A stretch of 64,000 nucleotides of DNA from the human T2T-CHM13v2.0 reference genome, Homo sapiens: assembly GCF_009914755.1 (NCBI RefSeq), contig NC_060928.1; one strand, 5' to 3'. The position numbers were made by a program, and so were the translations under genes. Shown in pieces: positions 1 to 15,605 of the stretch (within the stretch, counting starts at the first letter, position 1; every line of letters starts with the position of its first letter). The notes under the pieces were generated by a model. It was not told where the DNA came from. It was given only the letters and a program-made list of their open reading frames with translations, and searched no databases.

Positions 1-511
1 GGTTTTGAAGAATCGTGGGTCGCATTTCCTTGGATCAGCTAAGCCCCGAACAGATCCCTAAAGCAACTGGGCTTCTGGTCCTATTTCACCTTCAAAGAGA
101 ATCAATCCTACCCTTCCATCCTGAACAGTCTTCTAGGCTCAAGCACTCTGAATTTTCCTATCGTGGCTGGAGCTATCGATTTGGTGCTAGTCTCACTCTC
201 TTTGTCAACCTCTCTTGTGCATTTATTAATACAAACTTATTATTTTTTCCTAACTTAGTTTTTAACGTGATTACATTCACAGATTTTTTAAAAGTTGATC
301 TGCTCTTGAATTCCTGGTTTTATTCTATGTAATTATCAGTATTTTTTTTCAGAAATGGTCTCTTTTTATTTGAATGGTTGATCTAGGACTCAGCCTAAAT
401 ATTATTCTAATACGTAGCTGTACATAACCAACATGTCTATGATGTTAGTGATGAACCAGAACCAACACAGAGATGGTCTTTGCCTGATAAAAGATAATCA
501 CAATCCGAAAT

Positions 512-749
512 AAAATTACTAGGTAAAATACAGGATGCCTAGTTAAATTTGAGTATCAGATAAACAATGAAACATTTTTAGTTACATGTCCCATGTAATA
601 TTTGTACTAAATACTTATACTAAATTGTAAAGGACATACTTATACTAAATTGTAAAGGACATCCTTATACTAAAGGAAAGCATTGCTTATCTGAAATTCA
701 CATTTAACTGGTTGTCCTATATTTTTATTTGTTAAATGTGGCAATCTTA
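512..749. mobile_element. MER53 palindromic hAT MITE with an internal 25-bp tandem duplication
   Basis: AAAATACAGGATGCCTAGTTAAATTTGA...TCAGATAAACAA pairs with TTATCTGAAATTCACATTTAACTGG...TGGCAATC. The unit ATACTTATACTAAATTGTAAAGGAC is repeated at 611-635, 636-660 and partially to 674. Confidence 0.85.
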
Positions 750-1449
750 ATCATAAACAAATAAGCAAACAAGTATAAGTCTTAGAAAAGAATAAATCAA
801 TTTTTAAATGAATGCATTTAGTGTTGTCAGGGAATAATTACAATATGTCAGCAAACCTTGGCAACCATTGGAATCCCGTTTCTGAAAATTACAGTGTAGT
901 GTGAAGTAGAAAATAACAACGATGGTTTTAACTCATATGAAACATAGAAAAAATTCAGAAACAAACTAGATTTATTGGTTTTAAGGAAAAGAAGCCAGAA
1001 CAACTACCAGAATACTGTTCTGTTAGGTAACTCTTCTTTTAACCACCTTCTTTAATTACTCAGGAAATATTTCTGTGTTTTCCTCAACAACTGGAGTAGA
1101 TTTTCCCATGAGTTTTATGTTACACAAAGTTTAGTTATTTTTAAAGTTATCAAATCAGCTCTTACTGGCTTGAAGTTAAGTATCCATGGAACTTGTATTT
1201 CCTTTGTTTTCCTTTCAAATGTCTCCCCAAAATGCTTGTAACTGTGTATCCTTTCTGTAAATAATTTTGCCACTTATTGTGTATTTTTCTGGGTCTGAAC
1301 TTGTGTTCATATTTTCAGAAGGTGGGTAAAAATGTTTTCTCCGCAGCTACATAGTATTTTCTCCAGGAAGGCTGGCGGGGGCAGAGTGCAATAATTGTTT
1401 TGGTTTGAAGGGACAGAGGTGAACTGTTCATACATTAAAAGATTTGGGA

Positions 1450-1774
1450 GGCCGGGTGCGGTGGCTCACGCCTGTAATCTGTAATCCCAGCACTTTGGGA
1501 GGCCAAAGTGGGCGGATTACTTGAGGTCAGGAGTTTGAGACCAGCCTGGTCAACATGGTAAAACACCATCTCTACTGAAAATACAAAAAAATTAGCTGGG
1601 CTTGGTGGCAGGTGCCTGTAATCCCAGCTACTCGGGAGGCTGAGGCAGGAGAATCGCTTGAACCCGGGAGCCGGAGGTTGCAGGAGCAGAGATTGCACCA
1701 CTACACTCCAGCCTGGGCAACAGAGTAAGACTCCATCTCAAAAAAATAAAAATAAAATAAAATAACTAAATAAA
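1450..1774 (+). mobile_element. AluS (Sx/Sz-like), full length
   Basis: Alu dimer with A-rich tail; TSD TAAAAGATTTGGGA at 1436-1449 and 1775-1788; small CTGTAAT duplication near the 5' end. Confidence 0.95.
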
Positions 1775-2610
1775 TAAAAGATTTGGGATAGTTAGCTAAT
1801 ATTCTGGAATAAAATTATAAAACTGGGTTAACTAAAAATAACATTTATCCAAGTATTGATATATTTTGATTTTATTATTTAAATGATTACAATCTCCTCA
1901 TATATACAAGTAAATCTTGGGGCATTTGATAAATTTCATGTTTATGCATTCATTGAGTCAGCCACTACACTTTTGTTGTGTGCCTATTAACGTGCAAGTG
2001 GCCATTCTAAGTGGCCATTTGGCAAGTGCAGGTGAATGAGACCAGCTTCTGCCTCCCAGGGAAGTGGCTGTTAAGTAGGGACGATGGCATGCAAATCGGT
2101 AATTATAATACAGATTAATAAAAGCCATCATGTGTTTGTATACAAAGTCTCATGAGTACATGGGAGAGGAAGACATTCATTGCATTCGGGGCTAAGGGGT
2201 ACTCAGGTATTTGATGCAGGGGAATGGACCAGTCAGTTGAACCTTGGGAGTTCTTCAAGCAAAGAGGGAAGAGAAAGGCATTACAGTTGAGGGCACAGCA
2301 TACAGAAAGACTCAGTGGCCCAACAGAGCTTGGCACACTCAAGTGGCTGTATTATAGGGCTCACGGTGGGAAGCAGGAAGTAGCAAATGTAAAGCAGGAA
2401 AGGAACTCAAGACCAGCTCATCATTAGCTTGTAATGATGCCAAGGGGATTGGACTCTATCTCAAGGAGATGAAGAACCACTGAGGGATGAGTACAGGAGG
2501 AAATGATTCCATTTTTATTGCAGAACCATCACTCTGGAGGTTATGTGAAAATGGGTTGGAGATGAGACTAGAGGCAAGAAGACTGGTTAAGAAGTTAAGA
2601 AAATAGCCTA

Positions 2611-3411
<801 letters not shown>

Positions 3412-3958
3412 AGGGTTGTCATGACCCAGGACTGGTGTAAGGAGTGAGAAAAGAAAAGAACACTGACATGAAATGAGCAGGTGGTAGAGAAAGATTCATA
3501 ACCAAACACTGGAAAGAAGCAATCAGAGTCACAGTAGGGGACCCAGAAGAAAAGAGCATCGTGAAGATCAAGGATAAGAGAGCTGCAATCACTGATTAAT
3601 TAGGACAAGTGCTATGGAGAAAAACATAAAATAAGCACAGAAATGGGTCTTTTGGGTTTAGCTTTTAGGAATCACTGGTGATGGAGACAGAGCGATCTGA
3701 AATCTGTACCTGACACAGTAGCCACATGGCAGAGGATTGAGAAATGAATGGAATGTGAGAAACTGAGAGTGTATTGACCATCTTCAAAGAGACTGGGAGA
3801 CGTGAAAAAGAAAGATGGAGGAGAGCAAGAAGAACTCACAGGCTCTCTCATTATTTTCCATTATGAAAGTATACCTACTGAAAAGAATAGAGGATGATTT
3901 AACAAGTAACAAGGCACTCATCCCCTAATTATCTTAAATTTTTCCATATTGACAAGAG

Positions 3959-4165
3959 CAGAGGTTGGCAAACTTTCTCCTAAAAGGCTAGAGAGTAAAC
4001 ATTTTAGATTTTGTGGGCCAAGAGGCAAATACCAGCTATTATGAAAGCACTTATTTATATAAACATTAAAGGTAAAACCATTTACAAATGTAAAAATCAA
4101 TCTTAGCTTGGAAATAAAGGAAGCTGGCTGGGTTTGGCCCATGGGTCTTAGTTTGCTGAGCCCTG
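3959..4165. mobile_element. MER58 (MER58C-like) hAT-Charlie MITE
   Basis: Terminal inverted repeats CAGAGGTTGGCAAACT ... AGTTTGCTGAGCCCTG; internal GGGCCAAGAGGCAAA. Confidence 0.8.
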
Positions 4166-4179
4166 GACTACCATCTTTT

Positions 4180-5150
<971 letters not shown>

Positions 5151-5942
5151 TATAATCTGATAAATGCGGTAACCTGAAAATTCTCCCAATGTGCAACACC
5201 TAGAAATGTTGAATAAAACATAAAAGGCAATCTTTTAAATGCATAAAGAAATCTCAAGAAAGCAAGAAAATACCTAAGGCTTAGGAGAGATATATATTTT
5301 TAAATGCTTAGAGGAAGTTGAAATTCGGAGTTATATCTACCAATGCGCATTTCCTCAACAAAGGTGTGGGCCCAGGGAGATAACAGGCTATATAATGTTT
5401 TCAGGGAGCTCCTGTCCATTCACTGGGTCAACAGTTAAAGCTAAAATTTCAGACCATGGTATAAGAAAAAAAATCACTGAAATGACTTTGGCAAAGTTCA
5501 GAGTCAGGTCAGCTACCCCAGGCTGATCTTGCCATCATCCTGACACCTGTGGAACCTGGGCCCTCCTCTGATTTTCAATTTGGATTGCTCTATTCCTTTC
5601 TTCTTTCTTGAGGGCAATCAGTTCAGTCTCCTTGGTTACCTACTTCTGGCGCCTGGCTTGCTCCACTGCCGGCTCTGGTCTGCCAGCTTACCCCCTCATG
5701 GAGGCTTTGTTGCTTCCTCCTGCAGCTCTTGGAAGCTGACCTCTGATGCTTGCCACTTCCCATTCAAGGCTGGGGATTAAGCCTGAGGTCCAATCATGGG
5801 CTCCCTTAAGCACACCCCTGTCTCAGTTTCTTCCAAATCCTAGTTTGTGATAACAAGGCTGGGGGTATATTCGAAAAGAATTGGGGCTTAGAGCACTTTA
5901 TAGTAGCTTGGTGACAGGATCAGATAATTTGGGGTTCTGTTA

Positions 5943-6321
<379 letters not shown>

Positions 6322-6377
6322 AAGAATGTGAGGCAACAGATATGACAAGCGGCAAGATTATGTCTACACAAACTTTA

Positions 6378-6800
<423 letters not shown>

Positions 6801-7534
6801 CTAGAAATGCCAAATAATGATGACTAAAATTAAAAGCCCAATGGATGGCTTGACCGTCAAGATAGACAAGGTGATTGCACTAATCTACCCTCGGACCAGT
6901 AGTGCAGAGTTCCTGTCTCTCCATATCTTTGCCAACATTTGAGAGTGGTACAAACTACATACGAATAGGCAAGCTGCAGTTTGCATTGCTTCATTACAGA
7001 ATTGAGCCCATCCCAGTCAATATCTTCCCTCTTATGGTTTCCTGGGATTCCAAATTTCAGACACAGAAGGACTTTAAAGCTCATCCTCTCTGTCTGTTTT
7101 TTGGGGGAGTCCCTTAGAGTATTTGGTCGTAATGGCCAGTTCTCAGTAGGGCTCTCCCACAGTGACTGCCTGACATAAGGCTGTTCTTCTCCTCGCTGGT
7201 TCCCACACCCTGAAGCCTCTTACCCAGTGACTTCAACATTCTGTTTTTCCTGCTTCTAGTCTTAAATCCCCAGATTCTCTTGTGCTCACTCTGCACCTCT
7301 TTCAGCCCCTCCCTTCCTCCTCAGCAGTCTGAGTTTTAACCCAACTCTCATCATTCCTCTTCCTCTCAGCCAGTCTCTGACCCAGTGCAAACAAATGCAG
7401 CTCTATAATTGACATGCAGCCACCGCAAAGCCTAGCCAAGAGTTCTGTGCTGCACCTACAGCTGGAAAGGTTCAACAACCACAGTTTTCTAAACCCAAAA
7501 CTAAACGAGTAGCCTGGCAGAGCTTGGAAACCCA

Positions 7535-7785
7535 GAGGTAGTATGGAGTATGGTTAGAGAATGGACTCCTGAGGCAGAATCTTACTTAGATTCACTAATT
7601 AGCTGTGTGACCTTGGGCAAGTCACTTAGCCTCTCTGTGCCTCAGTTTTCTCAAATGTAAAAACAGGGATAATAGTGCCCACCTTATAAGGTTGTTCTGA
7701 GAATTAAATGAGTTAGTGTATGTAGCATTTAGAATAGTGCCTGACCTATAATGAGTTCTATATATGTTAGCTACTATTGTTATTA
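7535..7785 (+). mobile_element. MIR
   Basis: MIR core AGCTGTGTGACCTTGGGCAAGTCACTTAGCCTCTCTGTGCCTCAGTTTTCTCA. Confidence 0.9.
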
Positions 7786-10749
7786 ATACTTGAAATTGGG
7801 ACTGTCCCAGGAAACAGCAGATGTCAGCCGTGTTCATTAAAATAAGATATGAGATACCACAGTGTCAGAATGTGTAGCCTTACTTACATAGCTAGTATTT
7901 TCTACTATTCTTTCTCTCCTTGTCAAGATTCATCCAATACTTATATAATTCTTATTCTTCTGAACCAGCCCAGAAAATCTCCCATTCCTCTCTGTTTGGC
8001 CACCAAAACAGTCACAGCATCCTTGTTTCTGCCTCATGGCCTTTAGCTCTCCCTTCTGCAACAATTCTGCTTTTAGCAACTAACAAATCCCATGCTTTTG
8101 GTATTTAGGAAATTGCTTTTGGTTTTCTGATAGTATTAAGCTGACACTGACAGGGCATAAAGAACAGAGACGGGGACACCCCTGCCCCACTTTACTCCAT
8201 GAGCAGAACATCTCCTTGAGTTTGAACTTTCTTAGGATCCTACACTGGCCAAGGCACCTAGGCCCAAGCTTTCCTTTAACTATGCTCACCCATTCAATTA
8301 TAGTCCCAGAAAAGCTGCTTTCTTATTTCTCTCCTGGTGACTTCCAAGTGAATTATTTCTCTTGGGGTAGAACTCAATTCTATGTCAGGCTATCTATCTC
8401 TAAAAAGAGAAGAGGTCGCTGACTCAGAGGTAACAGTGCTGGTCTCATGCAACTGCAGATATTATCTCATGTTGCCTGCTCGTTGTTAATAAAGGCTTAA
8501 TTTGAGATACATCTCAGAGTATACTCACAAACAGTGTCAGGCCCTTCAGTAGGTTGGATTCATCTAACAAACATCCCCAGGTATTTTTTGAAGAATTCAA
8601 GGAAATATACCTGTGACACCTAGAAAGTAACTCATATCCTGAAGCCTTAGGCACTATTAGCTAAAAGTAGTGTACATTAATTAATTTTAAAAATCTTTAA
8701 TTTAAAATCACCTTTTCCATGATGAATCATCTCAAAGTCATAGCTTTTATTCAACAGCTTTTTGCAAGTGGGCATTTTTCAGACATTGGGAATCCCAGCA
8801 GGGCCCAATTAGCATGTTGGATTATTTAGGTAATCCCTGCACTCTACTGAAATGCAACTTTTCATCTTTGACTTCTCTTTACATTCCAACACTACCTGTT
8901 TTCAGGAGCTATCAGTTTTTTTTGTAATCAGCCTCATATCCATTCTAGGGATGATTTTCATATTTATCAACAATTATTTTCTCATTTATGCTGAGCCCTT
9001 ACAGGATTTTGGAAAGTCAAAGGTGAACTACAGAGGATTTTCCCTGGAGCTGTTCACAGCCAGTTGGGAGGCATGGACACAATTATGGTTCAAAGTGATT
9101 AGCAGAAGTTTAGGTCTATCGGGGCACAGCAGCAGGTACGAGTAGAGCTCCAGGGAAGGGGCAGAGAAAGGAGACATCAAGGAGGAGATCACATTTAGTT
9201 TGATACTTTTAAGGTGATACAAGAATTTGCTAGGTAGGAAAAAGAATGTATTCATTATAGGCAAGAGCCACGGAGGGGGACGACAACTGGAAGGAGGTGC
9301 CACTGGGAAGGAGGTTGCAGTGAGAGTCTAAGGGGCAAAAATGAGGAACAAGTGAAGGGGCATAAATGAGGGGTCCTTAAGGGGGAAGATGTGCACGATC
9401 AGATTCAGGTGTCAGAAAGGCAACTTTAACCAAGTCTCTTCAGATTCTCTTTTTGCATCTCCTGAATTGCAGACACTAGGACTCAATCATTTTTTAGAAG
9501 CTAAAAAAAAAGTTCAGGCAAGATGAATTAGTATTAAGGGAGTGTTTGAGGCACCTGTGGCAGTGTTGTGCAATAGAAGAGGTGGAAGGAGGATGGCTAG
9601 GCTTTTCTTCCCTGATGTCCTACTACGAAAGGTTCCAGAGCTCTTGGCAGAGACAGTGATTGGTTCCGGGGCGGCGGTGGGGGGAGGGGGGCAGTGGTGG
9701 TGGGGGGTGGAGGAGCTCAAAGAACTCTGGAGTAGAAGCCAGAAGAGCTGACTAGCAGCAAGACCCAGACATCTCCCTTCTTCCACCTCTGTTTCTTCAC
9801 CTGTGTGCCCAATATGGTTTGAGCTGCATCATCTTCAAGTTCCCTTCCAGCTCCAAAACACTGGGCATAAAACAACACATCAACTTCCAAACCCACTCTG
9901 AACACTAAACTCAATTTAACCAGACATCTTTTCAGCTGGAATGATTTGCCTTCCACTTTGTTTTCTACCTCAGATGCCTGGGGGACCACATGGAGAACAC
10001 CCAGGGGAAGAGAAATTGATGGAGTGGGGTGGCTGGGTGCTGGCTGCTGACCTCCAGGAAGTTGTCACATCTGTTAGGTTGGGGCTGATGTCCCTCATTC
10101 TATCTAAAGAACTGTAGCTTGAGAACTTTCCTTTTGCTTGGTAAATACTGCCCTACACTAGAAGCAGTCGGTGTTCATTGACAGAAACAATGGGCAGCCA
10201 GTGTATTTGCCCAAAGGCAAGTCAACAAGAGAGGCAGCTGAAGGTGCTTGTGCTTGTTGTAGCAACTGGCAAGGGTGTAAATCAGTTGTTGCTTTTAGCC
10301 CATAATAATGAGATTCAATATTGTTTTTTCCAATACCTTTGATTGGTTCCAATCATATTACTTTTTCAAACAAATCTTCATTAGTAACAATCAATGCAAA
10401 AAAAAAATCTGTAAAAGTAACAAGGTGCAATAAAAGTAGATGAAAGACCTTACTTGATGTGTTAGAGGGCTACCCTCTAACACATAGCTCTTTGGTAGCT
10501 CTTCGGATAATTTCCCGTTTCCTTTTTTTTTTTTTAAGTTTATGTCGTTTCTTTAGTATGCTTTCTAGTAGTAAATTTTCACACCCCAGTTTTTCCAGGA
10601 GATTTTGGAATCAGCAGACTTCTCAGCCCACACCATAAAAAGCAAATTAATCATGTCTCTGTTTCAGCCAATTGAAGCTTTTGTTTTTTTTTTACATAAA
10701 CTGCCAAAAAGTTTATGGTTTTCTTAATATGCCCATTAAAGCTGGTAAA

Positions 10750-11480
10750 TTACAGGGACGCACACTTCCTGGAAGACAAAGACTGAAAGAGGGTTAAATG
10801 AAGTGAGAGCTGTAGCCAGTTTAGACAGCTGCAGCGAAAGCGAAGTCCCCTCTCCATCCCACCCCCCAAAAAAAGGAGTTCTAATTTTCTCCACTTCTTT
10901 CACAGAAAGGATTAGATTTTCTGGGTGTCACCCTCCCCGGCAGAGTTCTGTAGCCTCGGGCACCCTACCAGCTTTTGCGATCCTCCTTCCCAGGAGTAGG
11001 AAGTGGAGGCGGCTTACCCCGGCCGACGGGAACGAGCGCGATCACCAGGGCGAAGACTAGGGCTGCGCGGGGAGCCTGCATGTCCGCTCGCCTCGGCAGA
11101 GGCGCGCTCAGGATGCTGCGCCGGGCTGCAGCCTCTCTGAAACGTGAACATTTCCTGTTTCCTGCTTGTTTGGGTCGGTGCTGACTTGAAGGAGAGGTGT
11201 GTGCCTGTTTTTTAGGAAGTGATGTAATTCTGCAGGAGCCTGTCAGACCAGCAAGGATTGCAAAAGAGAAGTTGCTGTTGAAGCACTGGTTCTATTATCA
11301 CGCCTCTCCAGCCCTTTGGAGTCCCGGCCTCCAGCTTTTGAAACCGTCCCCGGGGCAACAGAGTCCCTTGCTCAGATGTCGTTCGGTATCTGGGACTGGG
11401 AGGGGTCCTGGACCACACGCATTCTCACTCTGTGATTTTGCTTATCCCCCAGGTGAGGCTCCGGGGCTGCCTAGAGCCTA
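10750..11480 (-). promoter_or_regulatory. TMEM154: CpG-rich promoter / 5'UTR of TMEM154
   Basis: The only dense non-Alu CpG cluster in the window (about 10950-11130, extending to about 11470). Several ETS cores (AGGAAGTG near 10999 and 11215, TTTCCTGTTTCCTG 11151-11164) and GAS-type TTCCTGGAA 10766-10774. The exact TSS cannot be read from sequence. Confidence 0.8.
11018..11081 (-). CDS. TMEM154: Coding part of exon 1 of transmembrane protein 154 (signal peptide); rest of the gene lies left of the window
   Basis: Reverse complement reads GAC ATG CAG GCT CCC CGC GCA GCC CTA GTC TTC GCC CTG GTG ATC GCG CTC GTT CCC GTC GGC CGG G|GTAAGC = MQAPRAALVFALVIALVPVGR(G). Hydrophobic signal peptide, canonical phase-1 donor, CpG-rich setting. 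Matches the human TMEM154 N-terminus as I recall it. Confidence 0.93.
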
Positions 11481-11486
11481 GGAAGA

Positions 11487-11674
11487 AGCTGTCCTGTAGA
11501 ACTTTCTGCCCTGATGGAAATGTTCCAAGTCTGCGCCATCTGATACAGTATCAGACACATTGGCCACTGAGCATTTGAACTGAGGCTAGTGCTGATGGAA
11601 TTTAAATTTTATTGAATTTTTATAAAATTTTAATAACTCCAAGTGGCTAGTGGCTGCTGTGTTGGATAGCGCAG
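11487..11674. mobile_element. MER3 hAT-Charlie MITE directly upstream of the promoter
   Basis: GCTGTCC..TAGAACTTTCTGC..TGATGGAAATGTTC ... GTGGCTAGTGGCT...TTGGATAGCGCAG. Confidence 0.85.
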
Positions 11675-13811
11675 GCCCGGACAGCAGGGACAACTGCATC
11701 ATCAGAAAACTACCAGACCACTTCTCTCCGCCAGGTCCATTCTCCTTTCTCCACCCTGGAATGCCCTCCTCCCACCAAGGCCCACGCCAGATGGAGGTGG
11801 ATGCCACACCCACACCTTAAGGTTATGTTCTGCTTCCCCAGAGAGAAATGATCTTTTCAAGGTCCATTTCCAAAGGAGAATATGCTCTGAGGGTGGAGGT
11901 AGGGGTGAATCTGCATCTCACCTTCCTTCCTTCTTACTTGACAATCAAGTTCTCAGACAACAAACAAAACAGGACTGAAACGAAATAGAATAATGGTAGA
12001 AATCCTATCCAATGGAAACAATACAGAAAGGTTGTGTCTAGTATACAGTGGAGATTAGTGTGTGTTGGGTGTTCTATTGGAGGTCCTTCCCTTGGTTTAG
12101 TTTTAGGGCCTAAGCATTCAGAATGCAGTTTCATAATCGTGGTGCCAAGAGAGACAGACAGATGGAGAGAGGGGTAGTGTTGAGGCATCAGACACATCTC
12201 ATCTCTAAACCTTTCCCTGCAGATCACCATCTGAGTCATGACTTCCCGTCGTTTGTCTTCAGTGATCTGGTTGGTGCAAACGTATGAGGTGACTGGAATT
12301 CCTTAGCCCCTGACATAGCTGTTAATTTTTCTTTAATGCATTGCTGCTTTTCAATGTCATTAGTCACTGTTTATCTCAGTTATTATTCACAAGAAATAGG
12401 TTGGTGATTCATGTAAGGATCAGTTTGTTAATGGATTTACAGTATGCACTTTAATGTTTTAAACTGGCAATTAAGTCAATTCTTGATAAAATATGCTTTT
12501 TGCACCACAGGTGACCATACAGAACAAACAGCAGGAGAAAATAGACGTGCTCAAAACTGGGTGATTGATTTGAAAACAACAGAGAAAGAACTATTAATTA
12601 AACACTTGCTGAGCATGTGAATAGATCACGGGCTCCAAGACCTGCTGGTACTGAGTTGGGGTGGCAATTCTTCCTGTACAAGCACGTGTTTCTGCAGCTG
12701 TGACACACACGTGCAAGAAAGCAGGCCCAGGGCTTGGGAGTTCTCTCCATTTTACCATTTATGCCCTATTAAAATATTATTAAATGTTATTAAAACATTG
12801 TTGAATCCCAGGCTGGAGGCAAATGTTTGTCAAGGGCAAGGTTGTCAGCCTTCGTTTCTTTCATCTTAAACTTCAGCTCCCTGTGGAAGCTTTTGCAGTC
12901 AGGTATCTGTGGATTGGACCACAGACTGTCTTATTCTGTGGACCTCTGCTGAGCCCCATGACATGGCCAAACAGTTCATTACAGTTTCAACAAGTGCACT
13001 ATGCATTGCTTCTGAGCAGTGCAACACTAAATCAGAGTGAGGTACAAAATAAACTGGAGCTGCAGAGAAATCCTGCCCAACCATGTAATTTTCTTTTGAC
13101 CCCTGTGCTCTCTAAGACCCTTAGCATGATTAAGCTGATCTTAGGGGGAAGAAAATTACCATGATTGATCAGAAAATGGTAGCACCTCAATGATCTCTTT
13201 GCTGCAGTTAAAATCCCAGGGAGGCTGTGTGGTAGGTAAAGGGCTATTTACCTCTGTTTTAATTTTAGCAACCATTAATTTAGGCAAATAGCCACCCAGC
13301 CTCAGATTAAATCCCGATGCACTGGTGGCAGGAAGTCAGGGCCTCAGTCCCAGATGTGGGGCACAGGGGAACCTCGGAGTGAGTGGCACACAGGCAGGGG
13401 TAATGCCACTTTGGAGCCTGCCATTGGCTGTCTGAAAGCAGGAAAGAAGTATGGTGCTTCATCATGTTCAGAAGGGCAGGAAGGGACACTGGGAACCACG
13501 TCTAGGGACTCTTTATTACTTTACACAAAGGAGTGTGACTTTTACAATCAACTGTCTGTGCTACAGAAGTGACTCTCATCCTATCCTCCCTCCCTTCCCC
13601 CCGCCCCCTCCCCACCACCACTCCATGGGCCATAAAAGAAGAGGGACTCCAAGGGAACAAATCCAGATAAATGATAGGATCTTCCAGTGGGTGCAGACAG
13701 CCTTCTCCGCGTTCCTCTTCACACTCCGATCCTGCCATTCCCAATACACACAGATGTGCACATGCACTCAGATACACACACAGCTGTCTCTCACACACAT
13801 ATTCATGCACA

Positions 13812-14602
<791 letters not shown>

Positions 14603-15412
14603 TCACATACTCAGAAATGTGCACACGTGCTCACACACACACGCTCTCACATCGACACTCACATACAAATGTTCTGGAGCTTCTTTCTCTGTCTAAATGC
14701 CTGCTAGTGACAGTGGATGGTTCCTGGGTGTTTGGTTGGCTGTGGGCTGGCCCTCAGACAAGATAATAGTAACATCAGGTGGGGCCTGTGTATCACTCTG
14801 AAGCCAGCTAGGAAGGTGCAGGGAGGAGGCAGATTGAAGTCCCAGGTTCTGAAGGAATGCCCAGAGAGGTAGCCGGGCAGGGCAGAGGCTGGGGCAGAAG
14901 GATTAGGCTGACATTTAGCGTGTGCAGAGAAGCCACAGCCAGGAGAGGGGCTGACAGCCATCTCACTGCGCGTGAAGTGGGGGCAGCTGGAGCCTGCACA
15001 GCCGGGCTCATCTTGACCAGCCTATCTCCACCCTTGGGGGTCTCTGTCTCTGCATCCTGGCTGCCAATACTCTTCAGAGAAACTGTTGCAAGGTTTGGAT
15101 AATCCTAGGGGCTTCCATGACAGGGTCTTCCAGGGCCTAGGTAGATGGCCTGGTCACCACAACATGAAACTGTAAAGGATTGTGATTAGGAGCTAAAGTG
15201 GCAGTTGACACGTGGGACACAGTGCAGCGCTCTGGGCTAGAGGGTGCTGGGGCGTATCTAAGAGACAGAGCAGCAGCTCACTGCTGAACATCCACAGTCC
15301 TCCTCTAATTGCCCTCTGAGAGCAATGGCATTCTCTGTCTTGCTCTCCAGTCTATCCTCAGCATTTAGGACAGAGAACAGAGAAGTGAGTAAATGGGGGG
15401 AAAATCCCTTTA

Positions 15413-15605
15413 CAGCAGTATTTTTTTAAGTGCACTGGAGGGGGCCACCTATGTTAGAATTATTCAGGGGAGCTTGTTAAAATTCAGAGTCCTGGACCCT
15501 ATGCCAGAACTATTGAGTCAGAATCCCTAGAGCTGAGGTCCATAACTCTGTATTTGTAATGTTTGAGGGGATTTTTATGCATGATAGATAAAACTCGAGA
15601 ATCAT
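15413..15605. mobile_element. MER5 (MER5B-like)
   Basis: TTAGAATTATTCAGGGGAGCTTGTTAAAATTCAGAGTCCTGGACCC...GAGTCAGAATC. Confidence 0.7.

Noticed and set aside
15-332. 105-aa plus-strand ORF at the window start
   Set aside because: GTG start, no recognisable domain and a low-complexity T-rich end. I cannot assign it, although a transcript or repeat entering from the left cannot be excluded.
10340-10355. Short palindrome TGATTGG-TT-CCAATCA (paired CCAAT boxes)
   Set aside because: 7-bp arms are expected by chance in 64 kb, and the boxes are too close for double NF-Y occupancy.
10803-11481. Plus-strand ORFs over the promoter (10803-11060, 10975-11184, 11197-11481)
   Set aside because: Non-ATG starts and stop-poor GC-rich sequence. 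The real coding signal is the minus-strand exon.
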